From: an uncultured Phycisphaerales bacterium
Lineage (GTDB): Bacteria; Planctomycetota; Phycisphaerae; Tepidisphaerales; Tepidisphaeraceae
Length of the DNA: 64,000 nucleotides
Assembly (NCBI GenBank): GCA_963755915.1
Contig: CAVWLP010000002.1
Span: forward strand, 4,608,001-4,672,000
Direction of reading: 5' to 3'
Under the pieces are notes generated by a model. That model was not told the DNA's origin and did not search any database. It saw only the letters and a list, made by a program, of their open reading frames with translations. Position 1 is the first letter of the stretch, and the number at the start of each line of letters is the position of its first letter. Both the position numbers and the translations under genes were made by a program. Below are positions 19,580 through 30,112 of this stretch, piece by piece.

Positions 19580-20696
19580 TCAATAGGGAAAAAACCGCTT
19601 CAGCGAATTGATCGGACGCTCGACCAAAAACCACGACACCGACGCCAGCCCCACCGACACCGCGAACATCACCACCGGCCGATACGGCATCGGCATCTCA
19701 TGCTGCGGGCTCAGCCCCAGCGCATGATTCACCATCCACGGCACAAAATTGTGAATCAAGTAAATGCCATAACTGATCACCCCCAGATAGACCAGCGGCC
19801 CAAACCGCAGTATCCTCCCCGCCACTCCTCCAAACCCCTCATACGCCCTGACTACCACCCACGCTCCCCACAGCGCAACCGAAAACCCGAACGGCACCGC
19901 CCACAGCGCCGAATGACTGAAATGCCCGCCCACGGCGTCAGCCAGAAAAATCACCAACCCCGCCACTCCAAGAATCCCCGGCAGCCGGCGCCTGAGCTGC
20001 TGCCCACCCCCCATCCCCACTGTCGCCATCAGCGCCCCGATCCCCAGCGTATCGAGACATGCCGGCGTCAACACCGACGCCTGCCAGCCGTTCCCTCCTC
20101 CAAGAATAATCATCAGTCGGAACAACGGCCCAACCACAATCGCCGCGACAATCGTCGGGACAAGAAATCTTCGCGGCAAAAATAGCATGAGCAGCGGCCA
20201 AACCAGGTAAAACTGCTCCTCGACCGCCAGCGACCAGAGATGCGTCACGTAATAATTCCCCGTCCCCAAGCGGAAAAAATAGACGTTCGAGAGGTAGCTC
20301 AGATGCCACTCCACGCTTTGCCGCATCTGTTTAACCCCGAGCAGCCAGGTCGCGAGGATCACCAGGTAATAGGCCGGAAAAATCCGCAGAAACCGCCGCG
20401 CATAAAAGTTCAGCAGAACGTGTCCCCGCGATTCTCCATTCCGTTGCGCTTCCTCGCGCCCGCAGCAAAATCCCGGTGATCAGAAACCCGCTGATGACAA
20501 AAAACACCCGCACCCCGACCGACCCCAGCTCCAGCCACTCCGTAGAACCCGGATCGAAATGCTGGATCATCACCAGGATCACGGCGATCGCCCTGATCGC
20601 ATCGAGTTGAACCCGATGGCCGCCGCGAGGTGCGCCGTCTAGCGAAATCGCCGGCTGCGTCCCTTCAGCTCCAGACACAGGGCTAACCGTAGACAT
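19580..20696 (-). CDS. Acyltransferase-3 (OafA-like), frameshift ~20430
   Basis: 'LDAIRAIAV', 'GVRVFFVISGFLIT', 'HLWSLAVEEQFY', 'ISYGIYLIH', 'SWFLVERP'. Confidence 0.88.
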
Positions 20697-20856
20697 CGTT
20701 AATCTGGTTGAACTAATCTGGGCGAACTTTATTGATCGCACCGGCGTCAAACGCCGCGGGCCCATACCCTACTCGCAGGGCCGAAACCGTACCATCAATT
20801 TCGGTCTTTTCCAGAAAAATGTCCCCGCTGCCGCGTCCGATATCCCCATCCCCTTT

Positions 20857-21771
20857 TCAAACCCCCGCACACTTCAGCCAATTTTCTATCCGCCTACCCA
20901 GCGTGTCCCTGCTCTGCCAGTCCATCGCTTGCAGCGTCCCCATCGCCATTACCGCCGCGTAAAACCAAACCGCCGTGCGCTGTGCCTCATCGGGATTCCA
21001 CATTTCCAAGAGCTGCTGTCCATAATCAGTCTCCGCCCCCTGCTCGGCGATCATCGCCACGGTCGCGCCGACCGACAAAAGCGGATCACCATAGCAGATG
21101 TAATCTACATCGATGACGCCGCGCAGCTCGCCATGCTCCACGATCACATTTTTTGCGGTCAAATCATCCAGAAACGCGACGGGTTTCACTTGCGCGAGAT
21201 ATTTCTGCATTCTGGCCCGCAGCCGATGAATCCGCGTCTGCAAATTCCCCAAGCCTGATCCGTCTTCGACGGTTATATTTTCATCAACAGTCCCAAACAT
21301 CTCGTTCCAGTTCCGAAGCGGCGCTTTCGCGCCCACCTGCGCCCAGCCAAATCCACCCCCGAGGGGCAGCCGCGCCATGCGCTGCTGATAGTCTACGACC
21401 TTCCTCGCGACAGAATCCGTCTGCAAATGACTCAATGCACTGAGCTCATAAATCAGGTCCCGCCCGGGAACCCAATCCAGAACAATATACGATCCACCGT
21501 CCCGGGTACGGCCGGATGCGAGCACCGACTGCACGGGCAGGCCGAGCGACCTCAGCACGTTCAGGTTGTACTTTGTATATGCGAAAGTCGCCGCGCTGGT
21601 CCCGATGCGGAGGACGATGGATTCTCCACCGGGCAGATAAATCCGGTAAATCTGCTTGCCGCTATTGCTGAGTAATTGACGAACGACGCGATCGGGCCGA
21701 ATCCCCAGCGCCTGGCGAGCCAACTCCGTGGCGGGATCCTCCCGCGCCACATCTTCCATGACAGTGGCCAT
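20857..21771 (-). CDS. Aminoglycoside phosphotransferase-like kinase
   Basis: 'LDDLTAKNVIV...GVIDVD...GDP' Brenner-type motif. Confidence 0.72.
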   Translation of the reverse strand: MATVMEDVAREDPATELARQALGIRPDRVVRQLLSNSGKQIYRIYLPGGESIVLRIGTSAATFAYTKYNLNVLRSLGLPVQSVLASGRTRDGGSYIVLDWVPGRDLIYELSALSHLQTDSVARKVVDYQQRMARLPLGGGFGWAQVGAKAPLRNWNEMFGTVDENITVEDGSGLGNLQTRIHRLRARMQKYLAQVKPVAFLDDLTAKNVIVEHGELRGVIDVDYICYGDPLLSVGATVAMIAEQGAETDYGQQLLEMWNPDEAQRTAVWFYAAVMAMGTLQAMDWQSRDTLGRRIENWLKCAGV

Positions 21772-21953
21772 TTGTGCGATATCGACAATAACCCACAAAA
21801 AACCTTAACGACCCGCCAAATTTTCAGCGCCCTCATTGGCCCCATCCGATATACCGAGCGCCGCCTAACCCGCGGCGTCATCCTGAAAACGCCGATTTCG
21901 GGGGAACCATCATTCAGCACGCATCGAATTCGCCCACGCCCATCGCCGAACCA

Positions 21954-22589
21954 TTGCGCGATTTTTTCGCCCGCGTTGTCGTCGTCAACCTCGCCCGGCG
22001 TCCCCAGCGGCTTTTGCGCTTCAACCAGAACCTTCAAAACTGGCCCTTCAAAACCCCGCAGCGTTTCGAAGCAATCGACGGCCTCTCGGTCCCCATCCCC
22101 GCCAACTGGAAGCACGGCCCCGGCGCCTGGGGCTGCATGCTGTCGCACCGCGCGGTCCTCTCCGCCGCGATTCAGGACCATGTCTCATCCCTCTTCGTCC
22201 TCGAAGACGACGCTTTGACCGCCCCCGATTTTTCAGCGCGAGCGGCCGATTTTTTAAATCGTGTGCCTCAGGACTGGGACTGCCTCATGTTCGGCGCGGA
22301 GCACATGCGTCCGCCCACCCCGGTTTCTGCGGGAATCGTCCGCTGCGTCGCCTCCAATCGCACGCACGCCTTCGCGCTGCGCGGCAATATGATGCCAATC
22401 CTTCTTGGCTTCTGGAACCATTTTGCCACCGATCATTGCGACATCGTTCTCTCGTCTCTCATGCGCCACTTCAAGGCCTACGCACCCGACCCCTTTCTGA
22501 TCGGCCAGGACGCCGGCATCAGCGACATCACCGGGCAGCGCGAAAATGCCCGGTTCCTCCCTGATGAAATTCTCGCCGCCACCGCATGA
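21954..22589 (+). CDS. Glycosyltransferase family 25
   Basis: 'VVNLARRPQR', 'RFEAIDG', 'GCMLSH', 'VLEDD'. Confidence 0.85.
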   Translation: MRDFFARVVVVNLARRPQRLLRFNQNLQNWPFKTPQRFEAIDGLSVPIPANWKHGPGAWGCMLSHRAVLSAAIQDHVSSLFVLEDDALTAPDFSARAADFLNRVPQDWDCLMFGAEHMRPPTPVSAGIVRCVASNRTHAFALRGNMMPILLGFWNHFATDHCDIVLSSLMRHFKAYAPDPFLIGQDAGISDITGQRENARFLPDEILAATA

Positions 22590-23434
22590 CAAACACCCCC
22601 TTCTTCATCGTCGGGTACGAGCGCTGCGGCACGACACTTCTCGCCGCGGCGCTGGATCGTCATAGCCGGCTGGCGGTGCCTCCGGAAACGCATTTTTTCA
22701 CGGACGTCTCTCCCCCGCATCAAGCCGGGCAGACGGCCGAGCGGCAGTTCATGATCGCCCACTTTTTCCGCGGCTTCCGGACGCGCGACATGGGGCTCGA
22801 TCAGGATGCCCTCCTCGCGCGACTGAAAGAAGTCGAGCCGAGCTGGTCGAACCTCTTTGTCGAATCGCTTGGCCTTTATGCAAAATCGAAAGGCAAACTT
22901 CGCTGTGGCGAGAAGACTCCGAAACACTGGCGGTATCTGCCGGAAATCCTGCAACTCTTTCCTGAGTCCAAAGCCATCTGGGTTGTTAGGGACGGGCGGG
23001 ATGCGGTGGCGTCGATGATGAACATGCCGTGGAAGCGGCATAACAATTTGGCCCTCCACGCGATGCAATGGCGATTTGCGATGGAGAAAATGCTGGCGGC
23101 CGAGCCCAGGTTTCCCGGTCGCATCCTTCGCGTCAAGTTCGAAGACCTCGTTGCTTCACCGGAAGATGAGGTGAAACGCGCCACCGAATTCATCGACGAA
23201 TCATTCGAAGCCCGGCAACTGGACTTCACGATTCAAACCGGCGTTGTTCCCGGCTGGGAAATGGAATGGAAGAAGGGCGTATTCAGTGCCCCCGATCTCA
23301 CCCGCATCGGCGCTGCCTCCCGCGCCCTTTCCCCCACCGCACTCAACCTGCTGAATGTTCTGACGGAGGCGACGCTTCTGCGGCTCGGCTACGCTCCAGC
23401 GGCGGAGATTTCTGCATCGAGCGCTGCGGGGTGA
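22586..23434 (+). CDS. Sulfotransferase
   Basis: PAPS-binding 'FIVGYERCGTT', 'GEKTP', 'RDGRDAVAS', 'KFEDLV'. Confidence 0.88.
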   Translation: MTNTPFFIVGYERCGTTLLAAALDRHSRLAVPPETHFFTDVSPPHQAGQTAERQFMIAHFFRGFRTRDMGLDQDALLARLKEVEPSWSNLFVESLGLYAKSKGKLRCGEKTPKHWRYLPEILQLFPESKAIWVVRDGRDAVASMMNMPWKRHNNLALHAMQWRFAMEKMLAAEPRFPGRILRVKFEDLVASPEDEVKRATEFIDESFEARQLDFTIQTGVVPGWEMEWKKGVFSAPDLTRIGAASRALSPTALNLLNVLTEATLLRLGYAPAAEISASSAAG

Positions 23435-23598
23435 GTTGCTGTTGAAGAGGTTTCGCGCAGAGGCGCCGAGCGCTGAGCTTAAAATCCAATTTCTCTGCGA
23501 GCACTGCGCCTCCGCGCGATCTACCTTTTCTTAGCTGTAAAGAGAGGAATCGTTATCCGCGAAAGCCGTGGTCCATGAATTTGCGATGTTGTTATCTA

Positions 23599-25283
23599 TT
23601 ATTTTGAAATCCAACCGCGTGGCTGCGGGGCAACTGCGCAATACAAATACACGCCCGAAGCCACCAGCAGCACCCAACCCAATCCCGGATCAACCTGCTG
23701 GGTGAAGTTCAGCAACCCCGGCCACCAGTCACGCGAAAAAAGAAGCTGGTTTTCGATCATCCCCAGCATCCCGATGATGCTCACGACGACGCCGAGCATG
23801 GCCATGCCCAGATCGATCCCCGCCAACAGCGCGGATAAACCGGCGCCCCAGATGGAGTAGCGGCCGTGCATCTGGGTGAGGACCATGAAAAAGAGAAGCC
23901 ACGGCGCGGTCATCGAGGCCAGGAAGCGGCGATTGCGCTGGCGGTCGTGGATCGCGGCGCCGATGCCGCAAAGGACGACCAGGATCGTTGAGAGCATTCG
24001 CGAGAACTGCGTGTAGCCCACGGGGATGCCAATCCAGGGTATCGTCACGGGATCGGTCGGGTGCATCGGCCAGTGATAGTAGACGCGCAGGAGGCGGGTG
24101 ATGTTGTAAGCACCGTTGCCCGTGAGCATGAAATCAAACTTTTCCGTCCCGTACTGGAAGCCGAGCCAATACCACTGCGAGCTGGCATCGAAGATGGGCA
24201 TGAGCAGATAAATGAGCAGGGCAAGAGTCATTGCGACCGTCGCCAGTTTCAACCGCGCCGGCAGCCAGCGCGCCGCGGCGAAAATTCCAATCACCGCCAT
24301 CGGTGCGGCGCGAACCAATAAGCCCGGCCCAGCAGTCCGCCAGGGCCACGCGAGAATGACGCCGGCGAGGCTCAGCCCCAGAACCCACCCCTCGCTCAGC
24401 CTGATTCGCCAGACAAACGGGACCATACATCCGATACCGATGCAGGCTGAGATCAACCACACCCACCCGGCCACTCCTACTTCCATCCACGGAAGTGCAA
24501 TGAGCATCGTTGCAGCCGCAAATCCCGCCAGAAGCTTAAATGCGTTGCCGAATCTGCCGCGCAGATCGGCCAGACTATCAACACCGGCGCAGCGAGAAGA
24601 AGCTGCCCCTTCAGCGAAGCCCCAATCGCCAGACAAACGCCGGCCCATGCCCACCAGTCGAGTGACGCGAGCAGCACCGCCTTCAGGAAAAGCGGAATTG
24701 GCCAGACATCCCACTGCGGCCAGCAGTGCCCGTCCCAGATAATCGCCGGGCTGAACCAGAAAATCACCGCCCCCAGCACCGCCGGCCAAAGTCCAGTGAG
24801 AATGTTTTTCTGTATGCCTGCCTCGCGCATGCGCCACAGGCGGATGAGCAGAAAGATCAGCACGCAGGAGGCCAGCTCGGCGCCCGTGTTGCCACCGATC
24901 ATCGGGGCGGTGAAGTCGTAGTCGTCCTGCCAGGTCGTTGCATCCGGGTAATGCACGTGCACCCAATGCCACCAGGCGCTGGCCATCACCAGCCGCAGCG
25001 GCGGGTAGTCGATCTTGCGGTTGGGATCCTCAAGTGTGCCCTGGGCATCGGCATCGTAAACATTGAACAGCCCAACGGCAGCGGATTGCCGCCCCCAATA
25101 AATGGCGTTCCCGACATCCCCCTTGAAATGAGCGCCGCTGGTGAAATCCCAGGCAGCGCGGCGCAGTTCAAGCCCGAAGTGCAGGGCGATCGCGGCAATT
25201 GCGACAGCCGCAGCGATCTGCACAAGGACGCGCCAATGCGCAAGCGATCGCAAAGCCCCGGTGTCCTTCGCGCTGGAATCCAC
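23599..25283 (-). CDS. Polytopic membrane protein, GT-C (mannosyltransferase-like), frameshift ~24540
   Basis: 'DYPPL', 'WPQWD', 'LKGQ', 'TQMHGRY' resemble the DYPP/WGQxD/K.Q/MHERY motifs of GT-C enzymes. Confidence 0.6.
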
Positions 25284-25352
25284 TAAACAATTATGATCTC
25301 AGTCAGCAGAAATGTTTTCAATTGAAACGCGAGCGGATAGTATTTTTAGACA

Positions 25353-25970
25353 GTGGCCGCAGATTTTTGCATCGCGCGAGAAACCCCCTCCCCAACCCTC
25401 CCCCGGAATACCGGGGGCGGGGGAAGAAAGGCTCTGAGTTTTCTCTGCGCTCTCTGCGTGCTCTGCGGTGAGATAGCTTTTTCGGCGCGCGCCCTGGCCG
25501 ATGGGGATTCAAACGTCACGCTGCAAAGTTCCGATGGGCAGTACCAGCTCGTTCTCGGCAAGGGATGGACGGCCAATGACTTTCATCTCGACGCCGTCCA
25601 GATCGGAGCGATTCAGAAACATCGTGGCGAATACGCGGAAGTGATCGTCGAGAATCAGTCCGACTACACCAATTCGCTGGCGGCCTACGCGCGGGCCAAG
25701 CGAGATACCATGGCCATCAGCCTCGACAATCCCAAGCTGACGGCCGGGCAGTACTCGCAGATCAATGGGCACGATGCCATCTCGTTTGAGATTCACGGGC
25801 AGCTTCCTGGAACGAATACTTCGGTGGGTTATTGCCTGACCGTGATGAAGACCAAAACGCATTACGTGCAGGTGATCGGGTGGACGGTGGAGTCGCATTT
25901 TCCCGACAATGTAAACGAACTTCAGGCGCTGGCCTCAGGGTTTTCGGAAAGCGCAAATTCGGGGAATTGA
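25353..25970 (+). CDS. Secreted hypothetical protein (PsbP/DcrB-like); start uncertain
   Basis: Good codon usage after ~25500; ALA-D cleavage site; 5' part overlaps REP repeats. Confidence 0.55.
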   Translation: MAADFCIARETPSPTLPRNTGGGGRKALSFLCALCVLCGEIAFSARALADGDSNVTLQSSDGQYQLVLGKGWTANDFHLDAVQIGAIQKHRGEYAEVIVENQSDYTNSLAAYARAKRDTMAISLDNPKLTAGQYSQINGHDAISFEIHGQLPGTNTSVGYCLTVMKTKTHYVQVIGWTVESHFPDNVNELQALASGFSESANSGN

Positions 25971-26224
25971 ACATCGCTGTTTTGGTTGCCTATCAACTGC
26001 GCGCTGGATGGGGCATTGGAACGAATTTGATGCACGAATCGGGGGCGGGGATTGGCGGGGAACCCTCGATAAAGCGCAAATATCGCCGATCTTCGACATT
26101 TTTTGCGTGAAAATCGGTTTGGCATCGTGTTTGTTCTAAAGCAAATCGTAACCATCGTGGTGATGGTTGCGGGTGACTGAGCGAGTCACTCGAATTCATG
26201 GAGCGCGGTTGGTTCCCACGGGCA

Positions 26225-26275
26225 GTGTCGTCCGACCGGCGGTCGGTCGGACGACACGCTGGCCCGGGGTTTTTT
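26225..26275. terminator. Strong hairpin followed by a T-tract between convergent genes
   Basis: GTGTCGTCCGACCG-GCGGT-CGGTCGGACGACAC, 14-bp perfect stem. Confidence 0.5.
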
Positions 26276-26341
26276 AGTTTGTAGACCCGTAGCGTTCAAA
26301 GCATCCCTTACCCCCCCAAAATAAAATTCGAATGAATCGCG

Positions 26342-27679
26342 TTAGGCGACTGCCGTGATCGGCACGGACGTCTTGCTTTCCTTGACCCGTTCGATCTCCG
26401 CGCCAACCGCAATCAGCTTCTGCTCGATCTTTTCGTAACCGCGGTCAATGTGATAGACCCGATCAATGCGCGTCGCGCCTTTGGCGACCAAAGCCGCCAG
26501 GACCAAGGCCGCGCTGGCGCGCAGGTCGCTTGCCATAACCGTAGCCCCCTGAAGATCGCGCACGCCCTGGATGATGGCGGTGGGCCCTTCCTTGCGGATG
26601 CGTGCGCCCATGCGATTCAGCTCGCCCACGTGCAGGAAACGGTCGGGGAAGATGCGCTCGGTGATGACGCTGATCCCATCCGAAAGGCACAGCAGCGCCA
26701 TAAGCTGGGCCTGAAGATCGGTGGGGAAACCCGGGTAGGGTTGGGTGGTCATCTCGACGGGATTGATTCGCCGCGCCGCGGTGACATGGGCCGATTCTCC
26801 CTGGTCTTCCACGCGAACGCCGACTTCCTCCAGGCGGTCGATTACCGCGATCAGGTGGTTTAGATTGCAATGCTTCAGCGAGAGCTCGCCGTTGGAGATG
26901 GCCGCGGCGATCATGAACGTCCCGCATTCGATGCGGTCGGGGATGACGCGATGCTCCACGCCGACGAGTTTTTCCACTCCTTCGATCTGGATTTCCGACG
27001 TCCCATGCCCGCGAATGCGAGCCCCCATCTTGATAAGCATATCGGCGCAATCCGAAACCTCCGGCTCGCGAGCCGCATCGACAAGCGTCGTCTTCCCATC
27101 GGCAAGGGTGGCCGCGCACATCACATTGATGGTCCCCAGCACAGTCGGCCCCATCGGCCCGCCGAGGTACATCGTGCACCCCTTCAGCCGGCCGCGCACT
27201 TCGCCCACGATGTTGCCGTTTTCAATGTGGAAGTCCGCCCCAAGCTTCTGAAGCCCGCGGACGTGCAGATCGACAGGCCGGTCGCCGATGGCGCACCCGC
27301 CCGGCATGCTGACCACGGCCTTTCCGCGCTTCCCCAACAGCGGCCCAAGGACGCAGATGCTCGCCCGCATCGTCTTGACGATGTCGTAATGGGCCTCACA
27401 CTGCGATTCGTCGACGACTTCGATATCCAGCGGCCCGTTCAACTCCGGCCCCATCGTATTTCCAGAGTTGGAAGGCTTATGCCGGTAAACCCGGCAGCCC
27501 AGCTCGCCGAGCAGCTTGGTCATCGAATCGATGTCGAGAAGCCGGGGAACGCCCTTGATAGTGGTCTTTCCCTCGGCCATGAGTGAGGCCGCGAGGATCG
27601 GCAGCGCGGAATTCTTGCTACCGCTGATTTCGATATTGCCTTTGAGTCTGCGCCCGCCGTGAATGATGAAGGAATCCAT
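26342..27679 (-). CDS. murA: UDP-N-acetylglucosamine 1-carboxyvinyltransferase
   Basis: 'SGSKNSALPI', 'MRAS', 'PGGCAIGDRPVDLH', 'YPGFPTDLQAQ', 'HIDRGYE'. Confidence 0.97.
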   Translation of the reverse strand: MDSFIIHGGRRLKGNIEISGSKNSALPILAASLMAEGKTTIKGVPRLLDIDSMTKLLGELGCRVYRHKPSNSGNTMGPELNGPLDIEVVDESQCEAHYDIVKTMRASICVLGPLLGKRGKAVVSMPGGCAIGDRPVDLHVRGLQKLGADFHIENGNIVGEVRGRLKGCTMYLGGPMGPTVLGTINVMCAATLADGKTTLVDAAREPEVSDCADMLIKMGARIRGHGTSEIQIEGVEKLVGVEHRVIPDRIECGTFMIAAAISNGELSLKHCNLNHLIAVIDRLEEVGVRVEDQGESAHVTAARRINPVEMTTQPYPGFPTDLQAQLMALLCLSDGISVITERIFPDRFLHVGELNRMGARIRKEGPTAIIQGVRDLQGATVMASDLRASAALVLAALVAKGATRIDRVYHIDRGYEKIEQKLIAVGAEIERVKESKTSVPITAVA

Positions 27680-27967
27680 CTCTGCCCGTCCTTGGGCCGG
27701 AAAAGGGTTGTGCACCACGATTCCGTAAGCCCGAAACGTCCCGGAACTTTTGTCCGGAAAAACCGTTGGGACTATCGGCCAGTCCATTGACCGACGATCA
27801 ATATCAATACTGAGCGCCTCATCGCGCGCGTTTATCGGTCGCGACCAGGGCAATCAGCATGGACGAAGGCATTTTGCGGGTGAAAATTGGAAATATCAAG
27901 GGCTGGGGAGGTGTGAAAGTAAGAAAGTGTGAAGGTAAGAAGGTTACGAGCAAAAGCTGCGCGTCGC

Positions 27968-28327
27968 TTAAGTCCAAACCGGGGGCGGGGTGATTTCATC
28001 AGAGGGGCGCGGGCCACAATCTTTCTTCCCGCTGCCCGCAAAGCGGCTTACCGCGACGATGTGCATGTCTTTGTCGCAAGTCATCTGGCAACTAAGCCTG
28101 AGGCCAAGCTCGCCGCCTAAACCGCGCACCTCGAGAATCGATCGCTCCGCCTGCGTCACCCGCGAGGGTTCTCCTTCGATGAATCTGACCCGGCAGGTCG
28201 TGCATTTGGCGTTTCCACCGCAGGAGTGGAGCTGGTCGATGTGGGCTTCGTCCGTCAGGGCAAGGACGAGACGCTTGCCCTGCGGGACTTCAAAAGTTCC
28301 AACTTCTTCGACGGTGAGTTTTGGCAT
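27968..28327 (-). CDS. 2Fe-2S ferredoxin
   Basis: 'CGGNAKCTTC...RLSCQ'. Confidence 0.88.
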   Translation of the reverse strand: MPKLTVEEVGTFEVPQGKRLVLALTDEAHIDQLHSCGGNAKCTTCRVRFIEGEPSRVTQAERSILEVRGLGGELGLRLSCQMTCDKDMHIVAVSRFAGSGKKDCGPRPSDEITPPPVWT

Positions 28328-28379
28328 TTGATGGGTCTCCAACAAAATCGTTCCTGCGATAATAGTATTGGGAAAGAGT

Positions 28380-28404
28380 CGCCGCGTAAACGCGGCCGCT
28401 AAAC
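28380..28404. repeat. REP-like family C CGCCGCGTAAACGCGGCCGCTAAAC; identical copy at 60651-60675, related at ~6648-6683
   Basis: 25/25 identity between two intergenic copies; internal CCGCG-TAAA-CGCGG hairpin. Confidence 0.85.
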
Positions 28405-28965
28405 TGTTGCGCGAAAGCACGTCGTCAGATGATCGTTCGCTATCCCTGTCGCCTGCATAAACGCGTAGCAGATCGTTGAACCTACGAAGTTAAAGCCTCG
28501 GCGCTTCAGGTCTTTGCTCATTGCATCTGATTGTTCGGTCCGAGCCGGCACATCGCCAAAATTCTTCCGCCGAGCCTTATCCGGCTCCCGATCCGCGAAT
28601 TGCCAGACATATGCGTCGAACGATCCAAATTCCTTCTGGACCGCCAGGAAGGCCTTTGCGTTTCGGATGGCCGATTCGATTTTCAACCGGTTGCGGATGA
28701 TCCCCGCATCTTTCAGAAGTCGCGCCACATCGCGGGCGGTAAATTTCGCAACGCGCTTCGGATCAAACCTTGCGAACGCTTTGCGGTAATTCTCCCGCCG
28801 ATTCAGAATCGTGCTCCAACTGAGCCCCGCCTGTGCGCCCTCGAGGATCAGGAATTCGAACAGCTTTTGATCGTCATGAACCGGAACCCCCCACTCCTTA
28901 TCGTGATAGGCGATCATCGCTTCGGTCGTCGCCCAGGGGCAGCGGGTAATTTGCGTTTTCGACAT
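28399..28965 (-). CDS. tag: DNA-3-methyladenine glycosylase I
   Basis: 'RCPW', 'YHDKEWG', 'LEGAQAGLSW', 'GIIRNRLKI', 'NDHLTTCF'. Confidence 0.96.
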   Translation of the reverse strand: MSKTQITRCPWATTEAMIAYHDKEWGVPVHDDQKLFEFLILEGAQAGLSWSTILNRRENYRKAFARFDPKRVAKFTARDVARLLKDAGIIRNRLKIESAIRNAKAFLAVQKEFGSFDAYVWQFADREPDKARRKNFGDVPARTEQSDAMSKDLKRRGFNFVGSTICYAFMQATGIANDHLTTCFRATV

Positions 28966-28971
28966 GGGGAT

Positions 28972-29916
28972 TTAAACCGAGAGCGAGAGCAGAAATCGTT
29001 CGATATTTTCCGCGGCGTCGCCGACGCCCGTTTTGGTCTGGTAATCGATCTGTGCCAGAAGATCGAGCGCGCGCTTGCGCCCATTTTCCCCCAGCTCTTT
29101 CACCGCGTTGACAAACTTCGGCTGCGCCTGGCGCGGCCAGATGCGCAGCGCCTGCCCGATGGCAAACGTGCTTTCCCCGCGCTTGAGCATCGCCAGGGCC
29201 TTGCCCACGTTTTCCAGCCAGATCCCCAGCCAGGTGACGGCGCGAAATTCCGCCGACGAATCCGACTGAATAAGCTGGCGCCACCGCGCCAGCGCCTGGG
29301 CGGCATCGCCGGCGGCCAGCGCGTTGGTCAGGTCCCACATTTCCCGCTGCCGCTGGAAGGCCACGCTCTGCCCGATTTCTTCCGCGGTGATTTTTCCCGA
29401 CGGCGCCGCCAGCGCCAGCTTGGCCAGCTCATTGTCGATGCGCCCCAGCACCGGCCCGATCAGGTCGGCCAGCAGCTCGGCCGCATCGGGCGTTATCGCC
29501 AGCTTGTGCGCGGAAGCAGCCCGCGAAACGATCCACCCTGCCAGATTCTTCGGCGGATTGCACGAAACAATCTCCCCCACCTTGTCAATAGCCTTGTAAA
29601 TCCGCTGATTTGACGGCAGCGAGCTGAATCGCATCACCAGCGTCGCGCTATCGCTCGGCTTGGCGACGTAATCTTCAAGCTGTTCCCGAAATCGCGTGAC
29701 TAGCTCATCGGCGTTTCGAACCGTCACCAGTTTGCCACCCCCAAACATCGCGAAGCTGCGCAGCTCGTCCAAAACATCGGCAAGCTGCGCAGTCTCCCCG
29801 TCAACGTCAGTCCGCTGCATGTCCCCAGGCAAACCGCGCAAGACCTCCTCCAGCGCCAATTGCTGCAGCAGCGAGTCCGTACCGACGAGCGCATAAACCG
29901 CCTTCGTCTTCGACAT
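28972..29916 (-). CDS. holA: DNA polymerase III delta subunit
   Basis: 'VYALVGTD', 'MFGGGKLV', 'NELAKLAL', 'DYQTKTG'. Confidence 0.85.
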   Translation of the reverse strand: MSKTKAVYALVGTDSLLQQLALEEVLRGLPGDMQRTDVDGETAQLADVLDELRSFAMFGGGKLVTVRNADELVTRFREQLEDYVAKPSDSATLVMRFSSLPSNQRIYKAIDKVGEIVSCNPPKNLAGWIVSRAASAHKLAITPDAAELLADLIGPVLGRIDNELAKLALAAPSGKITAEEIGQSVAFQRQREMWDLTNALAAGDAAQALARWRQLIQSDSSAEFRAVTWLGIWLENVGKALAMLKRGESTFAIGQALRIWPRQAQPKFVNAVKELGENGRKRALDLLAQIDYQTKTGVGDAAENIERFLLSLSV

Positions 29917-30112
29917 GATTGAATTTTTTATGATGCCTGCCCCAACAAGTCAAAGGCGCGCGTCTCCTGTTCCTTCATTCGGCATTTGGCAATCGGCATT
30001 CGGCATTGCTCCTCCCTCTTCCACTGGCAACGATTTCCGTTACACTTTCCTCGTAAGAACCAGTCGGGTGGCGCCCACAGGCGCTCCAGGGCAAATCGGC
30101 CGGGAGAAAGAA

